Shown here one piece after another: positions 10,807 through 19,077 of a stretch of DNA of 19,077 nucleotides. Source of the DNA: an uncultured Acidobacteriota bacterium (GTDB taxonomy: Bacteria; Acidobacteriota; Polarisedimenticolia; J045); the NCBI GenBank assembly GCA_963702425.1, contig CAVPCQ010000014.1, forward strand, positions 1 through 19,077. Reading direction: 5' to 3'. The translations under genes were made by a program, and so were the position numbers. Under the pieces are notes generated by a model. It was not told the DNA's origin and made no database searches. It saw only the letters and a list, made by a program, of their open reading frames with translations. Position 1 is the first letter of the stretch. Every line of letters starts with the position of its first letter.

Positions 10807-10814
10807 AGTATAGC
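10807..10814 (-). promoter_or_regulatory. Candidate -10 element in the divergent intergenic region
   Basis: Minus strand GCTATACT about 42 nt upstream of the 10765 start; no clear -35. Confidence 0.4.
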
Positions 10815-10949
10815 CCGGGATCGGAAATCACCGCCGCCCGGGGTCGCGGTGTGATCGCCGGTCAGCTTTCGCCGCCATGCCGGCTACCCGTCCTGGCGGT
10901 CACGATCCGGCCGATGATTGCGCCGACCTGCCGGCGCGGAGGCGACCCG

Positions 10950-12104
10950 ATGGGGCGACCGATCGCCTGTGTCGTGCTGCCGACCTTCAACGAGGCGGGG
11001 AGCATCCGCACGGCGCTCGAAGGCATCTTCTCCCAGGCGCCACGCGTGCCGACGCACGAACTGCACGTGCTCGTCGTCGACGACACGTCACCCGACGGGA
11101 CGGCGGACATCGTGCGGGAGCTCTCGGCCGGCAATCCCCACCTCCACCTGGATCAAGGCGAGCGAAGAGGCCTGGGTGAGGCGTACAAGCGCGGCATCGC
11201 GCACGCCATCGCCACGCTCGACCCCGATCTGCTCTTCGAGATGGACGCGGATCTTCAGCATGATCCCGCGCTCATCCCGCTGTTCGTGGCCATGACCCAG
11301 TACGGCTTCGACCTCGTGATCGGCTCGCGGTTCGCGCCGGGGGGCGGCACGCCGGAGTTCTCGCTCTGGAGGAAGTTCCTGAGCCTCTCGGGCAATGCCC
11401 TGGTCCGCTTCGTCGGCGGTTTGCCGCGCCTCCACGACTGCACCTCCGGGTACCGCTGCATCAGGGCTCGCCTGGTCAAGGAGTGCGATCTCTCCCGGCT
11501 CGCGACACGGGGCTACGCGTTCCAGACCTCGTTCCTGTACGAGCTTCTGCGCCACGGTGCCCGCCCCGTGGAGATCCCGATCGTCTTCGGTCCGCGCCGC
11601 CACGGGGTGTCGAAGCTGTCTCTCCGCGATCAGGTGGAGTTCGCGCTGAACCTGGCTCGCCTGCGGTTTCGAGGTTCGCGCGAGTTCATCGCGTTCTGCG
11701 TCGTCGGCGCCTCGGGGGTGATCGTCAACCTCGGTCTCTACGTCGTCCTGACCCGACAGGCTCAGGTCGCGCTGCCGCTCGCCTCCGCCGTCGCCATCGA
11801 GTCGTCGATCCTCTCGAACTTCGTCCTGAACGAGCTCTGGACCTTCAGAACGCGTGAACGCCGGGGCCGCTTCGTCGGGCGCATGCTGCGCTTCCAGGTC
11901 GTTTCCGGGCTGGCCGGCCTCGTGAACTACGGCGTCTTTCTCGGCGCGACGCTCGGATTCCGGGTCTGGGACCTGCTGGGCGCGCTGATCGGCATCGGCA
12001 CGGGCGTCGTGTTCAATTACTGGCTGAATTCGCTCTGGACCTGGAAACGCGCCGATCGGCCGGATTCTCGCCGGTCCGGGATGCCGACGAGGCGACGCGC
12101 ATGA
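10950..12104 (+). CDS. Polyprenol-phosphate glycosyltransferase (GT2, Dpm1/Ppm1-like) fused to a GtrA-like membrane domain
   Basis: GGAGG (10938-10942) before ATG 10950; VVLPTFNE, VVDDTSPDGT, EMDADLQHDP (DxD), VIGSRF, DCTSGYR, EIPIVF..R..G.SKL; C-terminal four-TM FCVVGASGVIVN...NFVLNELWTF...FNYWLNSLWTW. Confidence 0.88.
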   Translation: MGRPIACVVLPTFNEAGSIRTALEGIFSQAPRVPTHELHVLVVDDTSPDGTADIVRELSAGNPHLHLDQGERRGLGEAYKRGIAHAIATLDPDLLFEMDADLQHDPALIPLFVAMTQYGFDLVIGSRFAPGGGTPEFSLWRKFLSLSGNALVRFVGGLPRLHDCTSGYRCIRARLVKECDLSRLATRGYAFQTSFLYELLRHGARPVEIPIVFGPRRHGVSKLSLRDQVEFALNLARLRFRGSREFIAFCVVGASGVIVNLGLYVVLTRQAQVALPLASAVAIESSILSNFVLNELWTFRTRERRGRFVGRMLRFQVVSGLAGLVNYGVFLGATLGFRVWDLLGALIGIGTGVVFNYWLNSLWTWKRADRPDSRRSGMPTRRRA

Positions 12105-13701
12105 CGGGGAAGCGGGGCGGGGGTCTGTCGGTGGCGGGGAGCCTCTGGCTCGGCGCGTTGGGGGCGGCGGGGCTGGCGATCGTCGTCCTGACGATCGTCA
12201 ACCCCGACGTCGGCGTCGGACTGGCCCTCGCGGATCGGATCCTCGGCGGCGAGCGGCTGTACGTGGACCTGATCGAGACGAACCCCCCCTCTTCGTCTGG
12301 TTCTCGGCCGCGCCGGTTGCTCTGGCGAACGCGCTGGCGGTCTCGCCGATCAGGGTCTTCCAGCTCTGGACCTTCGGCTTCGCGGTCGGCTCGCTCGTGC
12401 TCGCCGGGACCATCCTGCGGCGGACGCGTCTGCTCTCCACGCGGGCGGAACGCGCGGCATTCCTCGCGGCGCTCTTCGTGCCGCTATGGGGCCTCTCGCG
12501 CTACGACTTCGCGGAACGCGACTATCTCATGTTCCTGTTCTTCGCCCCTTACCTGGTCCTGGTCGCCGCGCGCGCCGCGAACCGGACCGTCGGGCTGCGC
12601 CTCGCCCTGGCGGCCGGCCTCGCCGGCGCGTTCGGGCTCGCGCTCAAGCCGTACTTCGTCCTTCCCTGGCTCGTGCTCGAGGTGTACCTGACGGTGTTCC
12701 GCGGCCGGGGATGGCCGTGGACGCGCCCGGAGGCGCTCGCCGTCGTGGCCTTCCATGCGCTCTTCGCGGCGTTCATGCTGCTGTTCATGCCCGGCTACCT
12801 CGACGTCGTGACGATGGCCCTCCGGGCCTACGACGCTTACGACGCGCCGCTCGCGGCGATCCTCGACAAGCTGCTGGTCTTCGGCCCGACAGCCGTGGTG
12901 GCGGTGCTTGCCGCGTTGCTCCCCGGTCTCCCGGGCGCGCGCCGCGAGCTGCGTCGCGTGCTGACGCTCGCCGTGCTGGGCTTCATCGCCGTCCTCTTCA
13001 TCCAGCACAAGGGCTTCGACTATCACTACTACCCGGCGCGGGCCGGCGGGGAGTGGCTCCTGGCGGTGGTCGTCCTCACCACGGCCCCCCTCCTCCTGGC
13101 CCGGACCTGCGCGCGCCTCCGGCGCCGTCCTTTGACCCGCGCTTCGATCCGGCGGTTCGTCGTGGCGTGCGCGATGGTGGTGGCGGCGAGCGTGACGGTG
13201 CAGACCGGGCTGGCGCTCTCGGCGGCCGCGCGCGACGCCGCGGCGTTCTCGGGCGGCACGTTCGGCCGGCTCTCCGCCGAGTTGAGACAGCGGGCGGCGG
13301 GCCGGCCGGTGGTTTTCCTCGCCTCGAACATCTGGCCGGCGTTCCCGCTCTACAACTACAGCGGCGCTCTCTGGCCGACCCGGTGGTCCTTCCTCTGGAT
13401 CCTGCCGAAGTACTACCAGAACGCTCCGACGGGGCCGGACGGGACGATCTACCGCCGGCGCGAGCAGATGGACGACCTCGAGCGGTTCCAACTGGACACG
13501 TTCGTCGACGATTTTCTGCGCGCCCGCCCCGCGTTCGCACTCGTCGACGTCAGTCCTCAGAAGCAGGGATTCGGTGCGACGCGCTTCGACTTCCTGGCGT
13601 ACTTCCTGCGCGACCCGCGGTTCCGCGCCGCCTGGGGGGCGTACGTCTACCGGGGGACGTGGGGCCCGTTTGCCGTCTTCGAGCAGGTCGGGTCCGGGTA
13701 G
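12101..13701 (+). CDS. Polytopic membrane protein, GT-C-like glycosyltransferase; one frameshift near 12290
   Basis: ATGA overlap with the upstream stop. N-terminus NPDVG...RILGGERLYVDLIETNPP continues in the 12397..13701 frame as LFVWFSAAP...; the shift sits at a C homopolymer. Later motifs FAERD, LKPYF and QHKGFDYHYYP; many TM segments. Confidence 0.7.
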
Positions 13702-13884
13702 CTCGGTCTGCCCGCGCTACACCGGGCGTGATTCGACGTCGTGCGTGGCGTGGAACCGGAACGAGGGAAGAGAAGAGCAGGGAGGACGAGAACGATAGGT
13801 CGGGGAAGGCGGCCGAGATAGGGCGGAGATCCGGCCGCCAGGGGCGGGGCCCGCCGCGTCCGTCTCGCGCGCCGACCCAATCGC

Positions 13885-13892
13885 GCTATCAT
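13885..13892 (+). promoter_or_regulatory. Candidate -10 element for the hydroxylase gene
   Basis: GCTATCAT about 52 nt upstream of ATG 13945; RBS-like GGAGGGAG follows. Confidence 0.4.
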
Positions 13893-13944
13893 CCCGCAAC
13901 GTCCCGGACGGTGCGGAGACCGTCCCGCGGAGGGAGACCTCGTC

Positions 13945-14769
13945 ATGCAGTACGCTTCGGCTGCCGATCCGAAGACCCAGAGCTACTTCGACCCGTCGCG
14001 CCTGTCCGTCGCCCCGGCCGACCGCGCGCATCGACTCGCCCCCCCGAGGAGCCTGATCGAGCGCGGCGTCCGTGCGCTCGGGGACGGGCTGGAGTCGCTC
14101 GTCGTCCGGATGTCGATCCACGGCGACCCGCCCTTCTACGACACGTCGCTGTTTCCCTGGGTGCGGGAGGTCGAGGGAGAGTGGCGGCTGATCCGCGCGG
14201 AGCTCGACCGGATCATGCCGGAGCGCGACCGGCTCCCCAACTTCCACGAGATCCTCGAGCCGGTCAAGACGATCACGACCGACTCGCAGTGGAAGACCTT
14301 CTGGCTGGCCGCGATCGGCGTCGACTGCGCCGAGAACCAGCGGCGCTTCCCGGAGACGATGCGGATCCTGAACCGGATCCCGGGAATGAAGAACGCGTTC
14401 TTCTCGATCCTCTCGCCCGGCAAGTACATTCCGCCGCACCGCGGCGCGTACAACGGGATCCTGCGATACCACCTCGGCCTGATCGTGCCGGAGCCGAGGG
14501 AACGCTGCCGCATCCGCGTGGCGCGCGAGGTGCGCCACTGGGAGGAAGGGAAGAGCCTGGTCTTCGACGACACCTTCAACCACGAGGTCTGGAACGAGAC
14601 CGACGGGACCCGCGTGGTCCTGTTCGTCGACTTCACCCGTCCGCTGAAGGGGGCCTTCAACACGCTCAACGAGCGGATGATCTCGATGGGCGCGATGGCC
14701 CCGATGATGCGCGAGGCCAACGACAACCTGCAGCAGTGGTCGAAGGGGTTCTACGGGCAGGACAACTGA
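13945..14769 (+). CDS. Aspartyl/asparaginyl beta-hydroxylase family Fe(II)/2-oxoglutarate dioxygenase (AspH/LpxO family)
   Basis: AFFSILSPGKYIPPHRG, LRYHLGLIVP, WEEGKSLVFDDTFNHEVWN, RVVLFVD; 274 aa. Confidence 0.9.
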   Translation: MQYASAADPKTQSYFDPSRLSVAPADRAHRLAPPRSLIERGVRALGDGLESLVVRMSIHGDPPFYDTSLFPWVREVEGEWRLIRAELDRIMPERDRLPNFHEILEPVKTITTDSQWKTFWLAAIGVDCAENQRRFPETMRILNRIPGMKNAFFSILSPGKYIPPHRGAYNGILRYHLGLIVPEPRERCRIRVAREVRHWEEGKSLVFDDTFNHEVWNETDGTRVVLFVDFTRPLKGAFNTLNERMISMGAMAPMMREANDNLQQWSKGFYGQDN

Positions 14770-14775
14770 CCGCGT

Positions 14776-14851
14776 TCGGGCCGGCACGGAGGCCGGCCCC
14801 TACAGCTCGCGCCGCGACGATTTGTAGGGGCCGGCCTCCGTGCCGGCCCGA
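14776..14851. repeat. Inverted REP pair (REPIN/BIME-like) between convergent genes
   Basis: Perfect 29-bp inverted repeat (14776-14804 / 14823-14851) with an 18-nt spacer; each arm contains GTAG-GGGCCGGC-CTCCGT-GCCGGCCC. Confidence 0.9.
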
Positions 14852-14868
14852 GTCCTGCGAACGCCGGT

Positions 14869-16000
14869 CTAGGCGAACCGCAGCGCGATCCCGGCCTCGT
14901 CGAGGTGGGCGAGGAACTCCCGGAACAGCGGCTCGTCGAGCGCCAGCAGTTCGGCCGGCCGGGCCCCCGGCTCGGCGAGCTTCCCCTCCGCCATCAGCCG
15001 CACGGCGACGATCGCCGGCCAGCCGGTCGTGCGGGCCATCGACGAGTCGCCGGTCGACGGGTCGGTCCGGTCGAGCAGGTCGACCCGCTTGACGACCCGC
15101 TGCGAGCCCTCGAGCCCCTCGACCTCGACCCGCATCGCCGTGAACTCCTGCTCGCCGGGCTCGAGCTTCCAGTCGTCGATCAGCAGGCGCGCGGTCAGGT
15201 CGAGCGGCCGCACGCGCTGGTCGCCGATCGCGAGCGGCTGCTCGCCGAAGAACCCCAGCGCCTTCAGCACGCGGATCTTCTCGATGTGTCCCGGCCAGCG
15301 CAGCGTCTTCTCGCGCATCGTCGGGATGTCGAGCGTCCAGAGCAGCGTGCGCAGCCCGTCGGTGTTGAAGGCCTCGAGCGTCCCCACGCCGGGGAAGTCG
15401 ATCAGCTCGGGCTCGGAGAGCGCGGGACGGGTCACCAGCGTGCCGCGGTCCCGGAAGCGCGCCGGCCGCGTGTACTCCTCGATCACGTCGATCGGCGAGA
15501 AGGGGGCCTTGTACTCGAGCGGCCAGCGGCGCGCGACGGGGAGCCCGCCGACCATGATCGTCAGCGCGTCGGCGCGGGTCAGCCGCCGCGCGAGGTAGGC
15601 GCCGAGCATCCCGCCGAGGCCCGGCATCACGCCGCAGTCGAGGATCGCGGCCACGCCGCGCGTGCGCGCCGGGGCGTCGAGGTCGCGCGGGTCCTCGGGG
15701 AAGAACGAGATGTCGACCAGCGGCCGCGCCGGCGTCGATCACCGTACGCGCGGTGGCGTGGCCGAGGAAGCCCGGCACCGCGCCAACGACGATATCGGCC
15801 GCGCGGGCCGCCTCGGCGACGGTCTCCGCGCGCGACAGGTCCGCCTCCCGCACCGCGAGCGGGGCGCGGCGGCGCGAGGCCTCGAGCGCGGCGGCGTCGC
15901 GGTCGTAGAGCGTCACGGCGAAGCCGTCGTGCGCCAGCCGCCGCGCGATGAAGCCGCCCACCATCCCCCCGCCGAGTACCGCGATCTTCCGGTCCTGCAT
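14869..16000 (-). CDS. Saccharopine dehydrogenase / lysine 6-dehydrogenase family oxidoreductase; frameshift near 15725
   Basis: GAAAGGA RBS, then MQDRKIAVLGGGMVG (Rossmann), AVPGFLG and, after the shift, VDISFFPED, DCGVMPGL, YKAPFSPIDVIEEY, EAFNTDGLRTL, EKTLRWPGH, SSMARTTG. Confidence 0.88.
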
Positions 16001-16041
16001 CGTCGCCTGTCCTTTCGATACGCCGGGTGGGCGCGGGCGGG

Positions 16042-16049
16042 AGGATAGC
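16042..16049 (-). promoter_or_regulatory. Candidate -10 element for the dehydrogenase gene
   Basis: Minus strand GCTATCCT about 42 nt upstream of ATG 16000; resembles the other GCTANNNT boxes in the window. Confidence 0.3.
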
Positions 16050-16054
16050 CGCAG

Positions 16055-16095
16055 CGGCCCGGCCCGCGCCGCCCCGTCGGGCGCGGGCCGGGCCG
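16055..16095. repeat. Perfect 16-bp GC-only inverted repeat in a divergent intergenic region
   Basis: CGGCCCGGCCCGCGCC (16055-16070), 9-nt loop, GGCGCGGGCCGGGCCG (16080-16095). Confidence 0.6.
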
Positions 16096-16228
16096 GGGCC
16101 GGCCGCGGCCGCCTGCCGCGCGGCGGGGCGCGGCGGCGTCCTCCGCGGGCAGGGCCGATCGTCCTTGGCGATCCGTCCCGCGGCCGGGGAAGATACCCCT
16201 CGGCCCGGCCGCGCCGGGAGGAGGCTTC

Positions 16229-19077
16229 TTGCGCGTCCGGCTCCCGCTCGTCCTCGCTCTTCTCGTCGCCGTCGTCGGTCGGCGCCGGGCTGTCGCCCGG
16301 GCCGCTGCGGCGTCCCCGGCTCCGCCTGCGGCCTCCCCGTCGACCGCGCCCGCGGCCCCCGCACCGGCCGCCGGCTGGATCGTCCTCGACTACCGGCCGC
16401 TGGTGGACCTGCGCCAGCCGACCCACTCGGGTGAGCCGGTCGGGCTGGTGCTCGAGCGGCTCGGCGGCCGGCCGCGTCCCGGTGCCGGTTCGCCGCGCGC
16501 GACGTCCTCCGATGCCGGAGACGCGGCGGACCACTCGCTGGTCGATCCGCTGCTCGAGCCCTACGGCGTTCGTGCTGGCCGACGCCGTCGACGCCACCGC
16601 CGCCGCCGGCGCCGGCGCGCCGGCGTTCGTCGAGCTCGGCGACGCTCTTCCCGCCGGGGGCCGCCGGAGCCGGCCTGGGTCGAGCTGGTGCGCGCGCGGC
16701 GCTACCTGCTGGAGAGCGACGGCCAGGGCCGGCTCCGCGCCTTCGTGCCCTGGTCGGCCGGAGAGGCCGGCGGCGACGGCGCGCGCGTCCCCGCCGTGGA
16801 CGAAGTGGAGGCCGCGAAGACGGCCTGGGCCGAGGCCTGGCCCGTGGTGCGCCACGCCCTGGCCGCGGAGCGGCGCCGCATCGGCAAGCCGCTGACGGTC
16901 GAGGTCCGGGCCTACGCGCACTTCCCGGCCCGCACGCGCTTCCTGCTCGGCGCGCGGCCGCACCGCGTGAGCGTCGACGCCATGCGCCCCGACGGCACGC
17001 GCCCGCCGCTCGACCTCGTCGCCTGGCAGCGCTTCCTCGACCAGGGGCTGACGCTCGAGGGGGCGCGTCTCGACCCGGACGGCGCGATCACGCTCTTCGG
17101 CAGCCCGGCCGCCGTGAAACCATCGATCCTCGGCCGCCCGCTGTCGTTGGCCGACGCCGCGGTGGCCTACCGCGCGGTCTTCCACGGCGGGGCGGCCGAG
17201 CCCTACATGAGCCTCGACCGCGGCTTCGCGCCGCAGATGGCGCTCGTCAACTACGGCGGGCGGCTGCGCGACACAGGACTCGGGATGGTGAGCCTGCTGT
17301 GCGACGCGCGCTTCAAGACCTTCTCGCTGGGGATCGACATCGTCGAAGAGGCCGACGTGCGCTCGCGCGTGCGGGCCGCGGTGCCCGGCTTCCGGACGCA
17401 CCTCGAGCGCTTCGCCGCCGACCCCGGCTCGAAGGGGCTCTCCGGCCAGCAGACGCGGCTCTGGTTCTATCCCGACACGGTCGAGCTGACGCTCTCGGCG
17501 GAAGGCGACCTGCTGGCGATGCGCCGCGCGCGGATGGCCGCGGCCTCCGAGAAGGTGCAAGTCGACACCGGCGAGGGCGCGGCCCCGGCGGCGCCCTGGA
17601 CGAAAGCGACCGTCGACGAGATCAACCGCGACTACGACGCTCTGGCGCGCGTCTTCCCCGAGATGGCCGACCTCGACCAGGCGGTGCGCTGGCTGTCGCT
17701 CTTCACGTGGCTGCGCGCGGCGGAGCGGGCTGGCCTGGCCGTGCCCGAGCTCGACGCGCTGCTCGCGATCGAGCTGCCGGCGACGCCGACGCCGCGGCAG
17801 TTCCCGCAACTGCTGGCCTTCAACGCGGTGCCGGAGAACCCGGGGCCGGGCGCTGTGGACGTCTTCGAGCGGGTCGACGTCGGCGCCGCGCTCGACCGAC
17901 TCGCACCGCCGAGCGGCCGGCCGCTCGCCGCGGCGGAGCGCTACCGCCGCGCGCTGGCGGCGCTGGACCGGCGCGACCCACCGCAGGCCGCGCTGGCGGC
18001 GGAGCTGGCCGAGCTGAACACCGCGGCCGCGGCCGACACCGAGCTGGACGCCGCGGCCTTCCGCGCCGAGCGGCTGCGGATGCACCAGCTCGTGCTCGGG
18101 ACGCTGCCCGAGGCCGACCGCGCGAAGCTGCGCGCGCGCGCCCAGGCCGGCGATCCGCCGCGCGTCTTCAGCGTCGGGATCGGCGGGCTCGACCTGGGAA
18201 TGAGTTCGTCCCTGGCGCGGGCCGCGGGGCGGGGCGGCGGGCTGACCGGGCTCGGGGCGACGGCGCGGGCAGCGTCCGGCTGCCGGCGCGGGATCGCCCG
18301 CGCCGCGGGGCGCCGCGGCGGCGTCCTCGACGCGCAGCCCGCCGCACCGCGCGAGGCCTGGCAGCAGGACCCGGCCGGGCTCCCGGCGGCGACGCTCCCC
18401 GCGCACGCGCCTGCGGCGGGGGAGATGGTCGCCTGGCCGGCGGCCGCCGACGCGCGCTACCGGCGCGCGACCCGCGACGCTGCGGGCGGCGCGCTGGTGA
18501 TCGTGCGCGTCGAGGACCAGCGGGCGCTGCGCTACCGCGTCGAGCCGGGCGGGGCGATCGCACTGCTGCCGTTCGAGGCCGCACCGCAGCCCGCGGCCGC
18601 CCCGGAAGCGGTGGCCGCCGCTGCTGCGCTTCCCGAAGACCTGATGCTGCTCCAGCGCGTCGGCGAGACGACGACGGCGGCGGGCGTGCCGGCGGTCGTG
18701 TTGCGCCTGTCGGCCTCGGGCGGGCGGCAGCTCGAGGCGCCGTTCCCGCGCGCGGTGCTGCAGCGCCTGGTGCTGGGCCACGAGGCCGACCTGACGCCCG
18801 ACAAGCCGCTCCCCGGCTTCTCGCAGCTGCCACCCGCACTGGCGTCTCTGAACCGCACGATGGTGATCCTGCGCCCGGAGGAGACGCAGCCGCCGTGGGT
18901 CTAGCGGCGCGCCGTCCTATCCCGGCGAGGACGGCACCGCGGAACTCGCTCGCGCGCTGTCGGCCTGGTGGGCCGGGACGGGCCGCACGGCGGTCGCGGG
19001 CGTGGACGCGGCCGCGTCGCCGCAGCGCTGGCAGGCGGCGCCGCGGCCGCGCGCCGGCGCGGTGCTGCTGCTGCCCG
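16229..19077 (+). CDS. Large secreted hypothetical protein with a DUF1598-like central region; 3'-partial, with apparent frameshifts
   Basis: GGAGGAGG before TTG 16229; signal-like MRVRLPLVLALLVAVVG; well-formed core DTGLGMVSLLCDARFKTFSLG...TRLWFYPD...INRDYDALARVFPEMADLD. Compensating shifts near 16570-16660; the TAG at 18902-18904 looks bypassed by a shift (SYPGEDGTAELARALSAWW... continues to the edge). Confidence 0.65.

Noticed and set aside
12283-12290. Phase-variable poly-C tract in the GT-C-like gene
   Set aside because: The run is short, encodes a Pro-Pro motif, and the window has many other indels; a homopolymer sequencing error is more likely. Read-level data would settle it.
12486-15092. 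868-aa plus-strand ORF
   Set aside because: Off-frame read-through across two real genes and the REP doublet; Arg/Pro-rich with no motifs.
14666-18781. 1371-aa minus-strand ORF
   Set aside because: Mostly the antisense shadow of the 16229+ gene, with R/A/G/P-rich composition. Only the segment from 16000 to about 15725 is real (N-terminus of the dehydrogenase).

Overview
Very GC-rich bacterial window, probably from a long-read or low-coverage assembly: single-base indels are dense at 1-2804 and recur at about 12290, 15725, 16570-16660 and 18900. Left to right: an unannotated RecA/KaiC-like P-loop ATPase (minus, runs off the left edge) directly downstream of a stand-alone elongation factor G of the spdEFG1/mitochondrial-EFG1-like type; MaeB malic enzyme; a ~1025-aa secreted double beta-helix protein with Cys/Asp-rich repeats; a 95-aa Cys-motif plus Lys-rich protein; a lipid-linked glycosylation cassette (GT2-GtrA fusion flanked by two GT-C-like membrane proteins); an Asp/Asn beta-hydroxylase-family dioxygenase; a saccharopine/lysine dehydrogenase; and a large secreted hypothetical protein running off the right edge. 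Three copies of a 26-nt GTAG-type REP are present: an inverted pair at 14776-14851 and a single copy that supplies the maeB stop codon. I saw no rRNA, tRNA, CRISPR array or transposase. Family calls come from motif recognition only; no searches were run. Gene style suggests Acidobacteriota or Myxococcota-like origin (inference).
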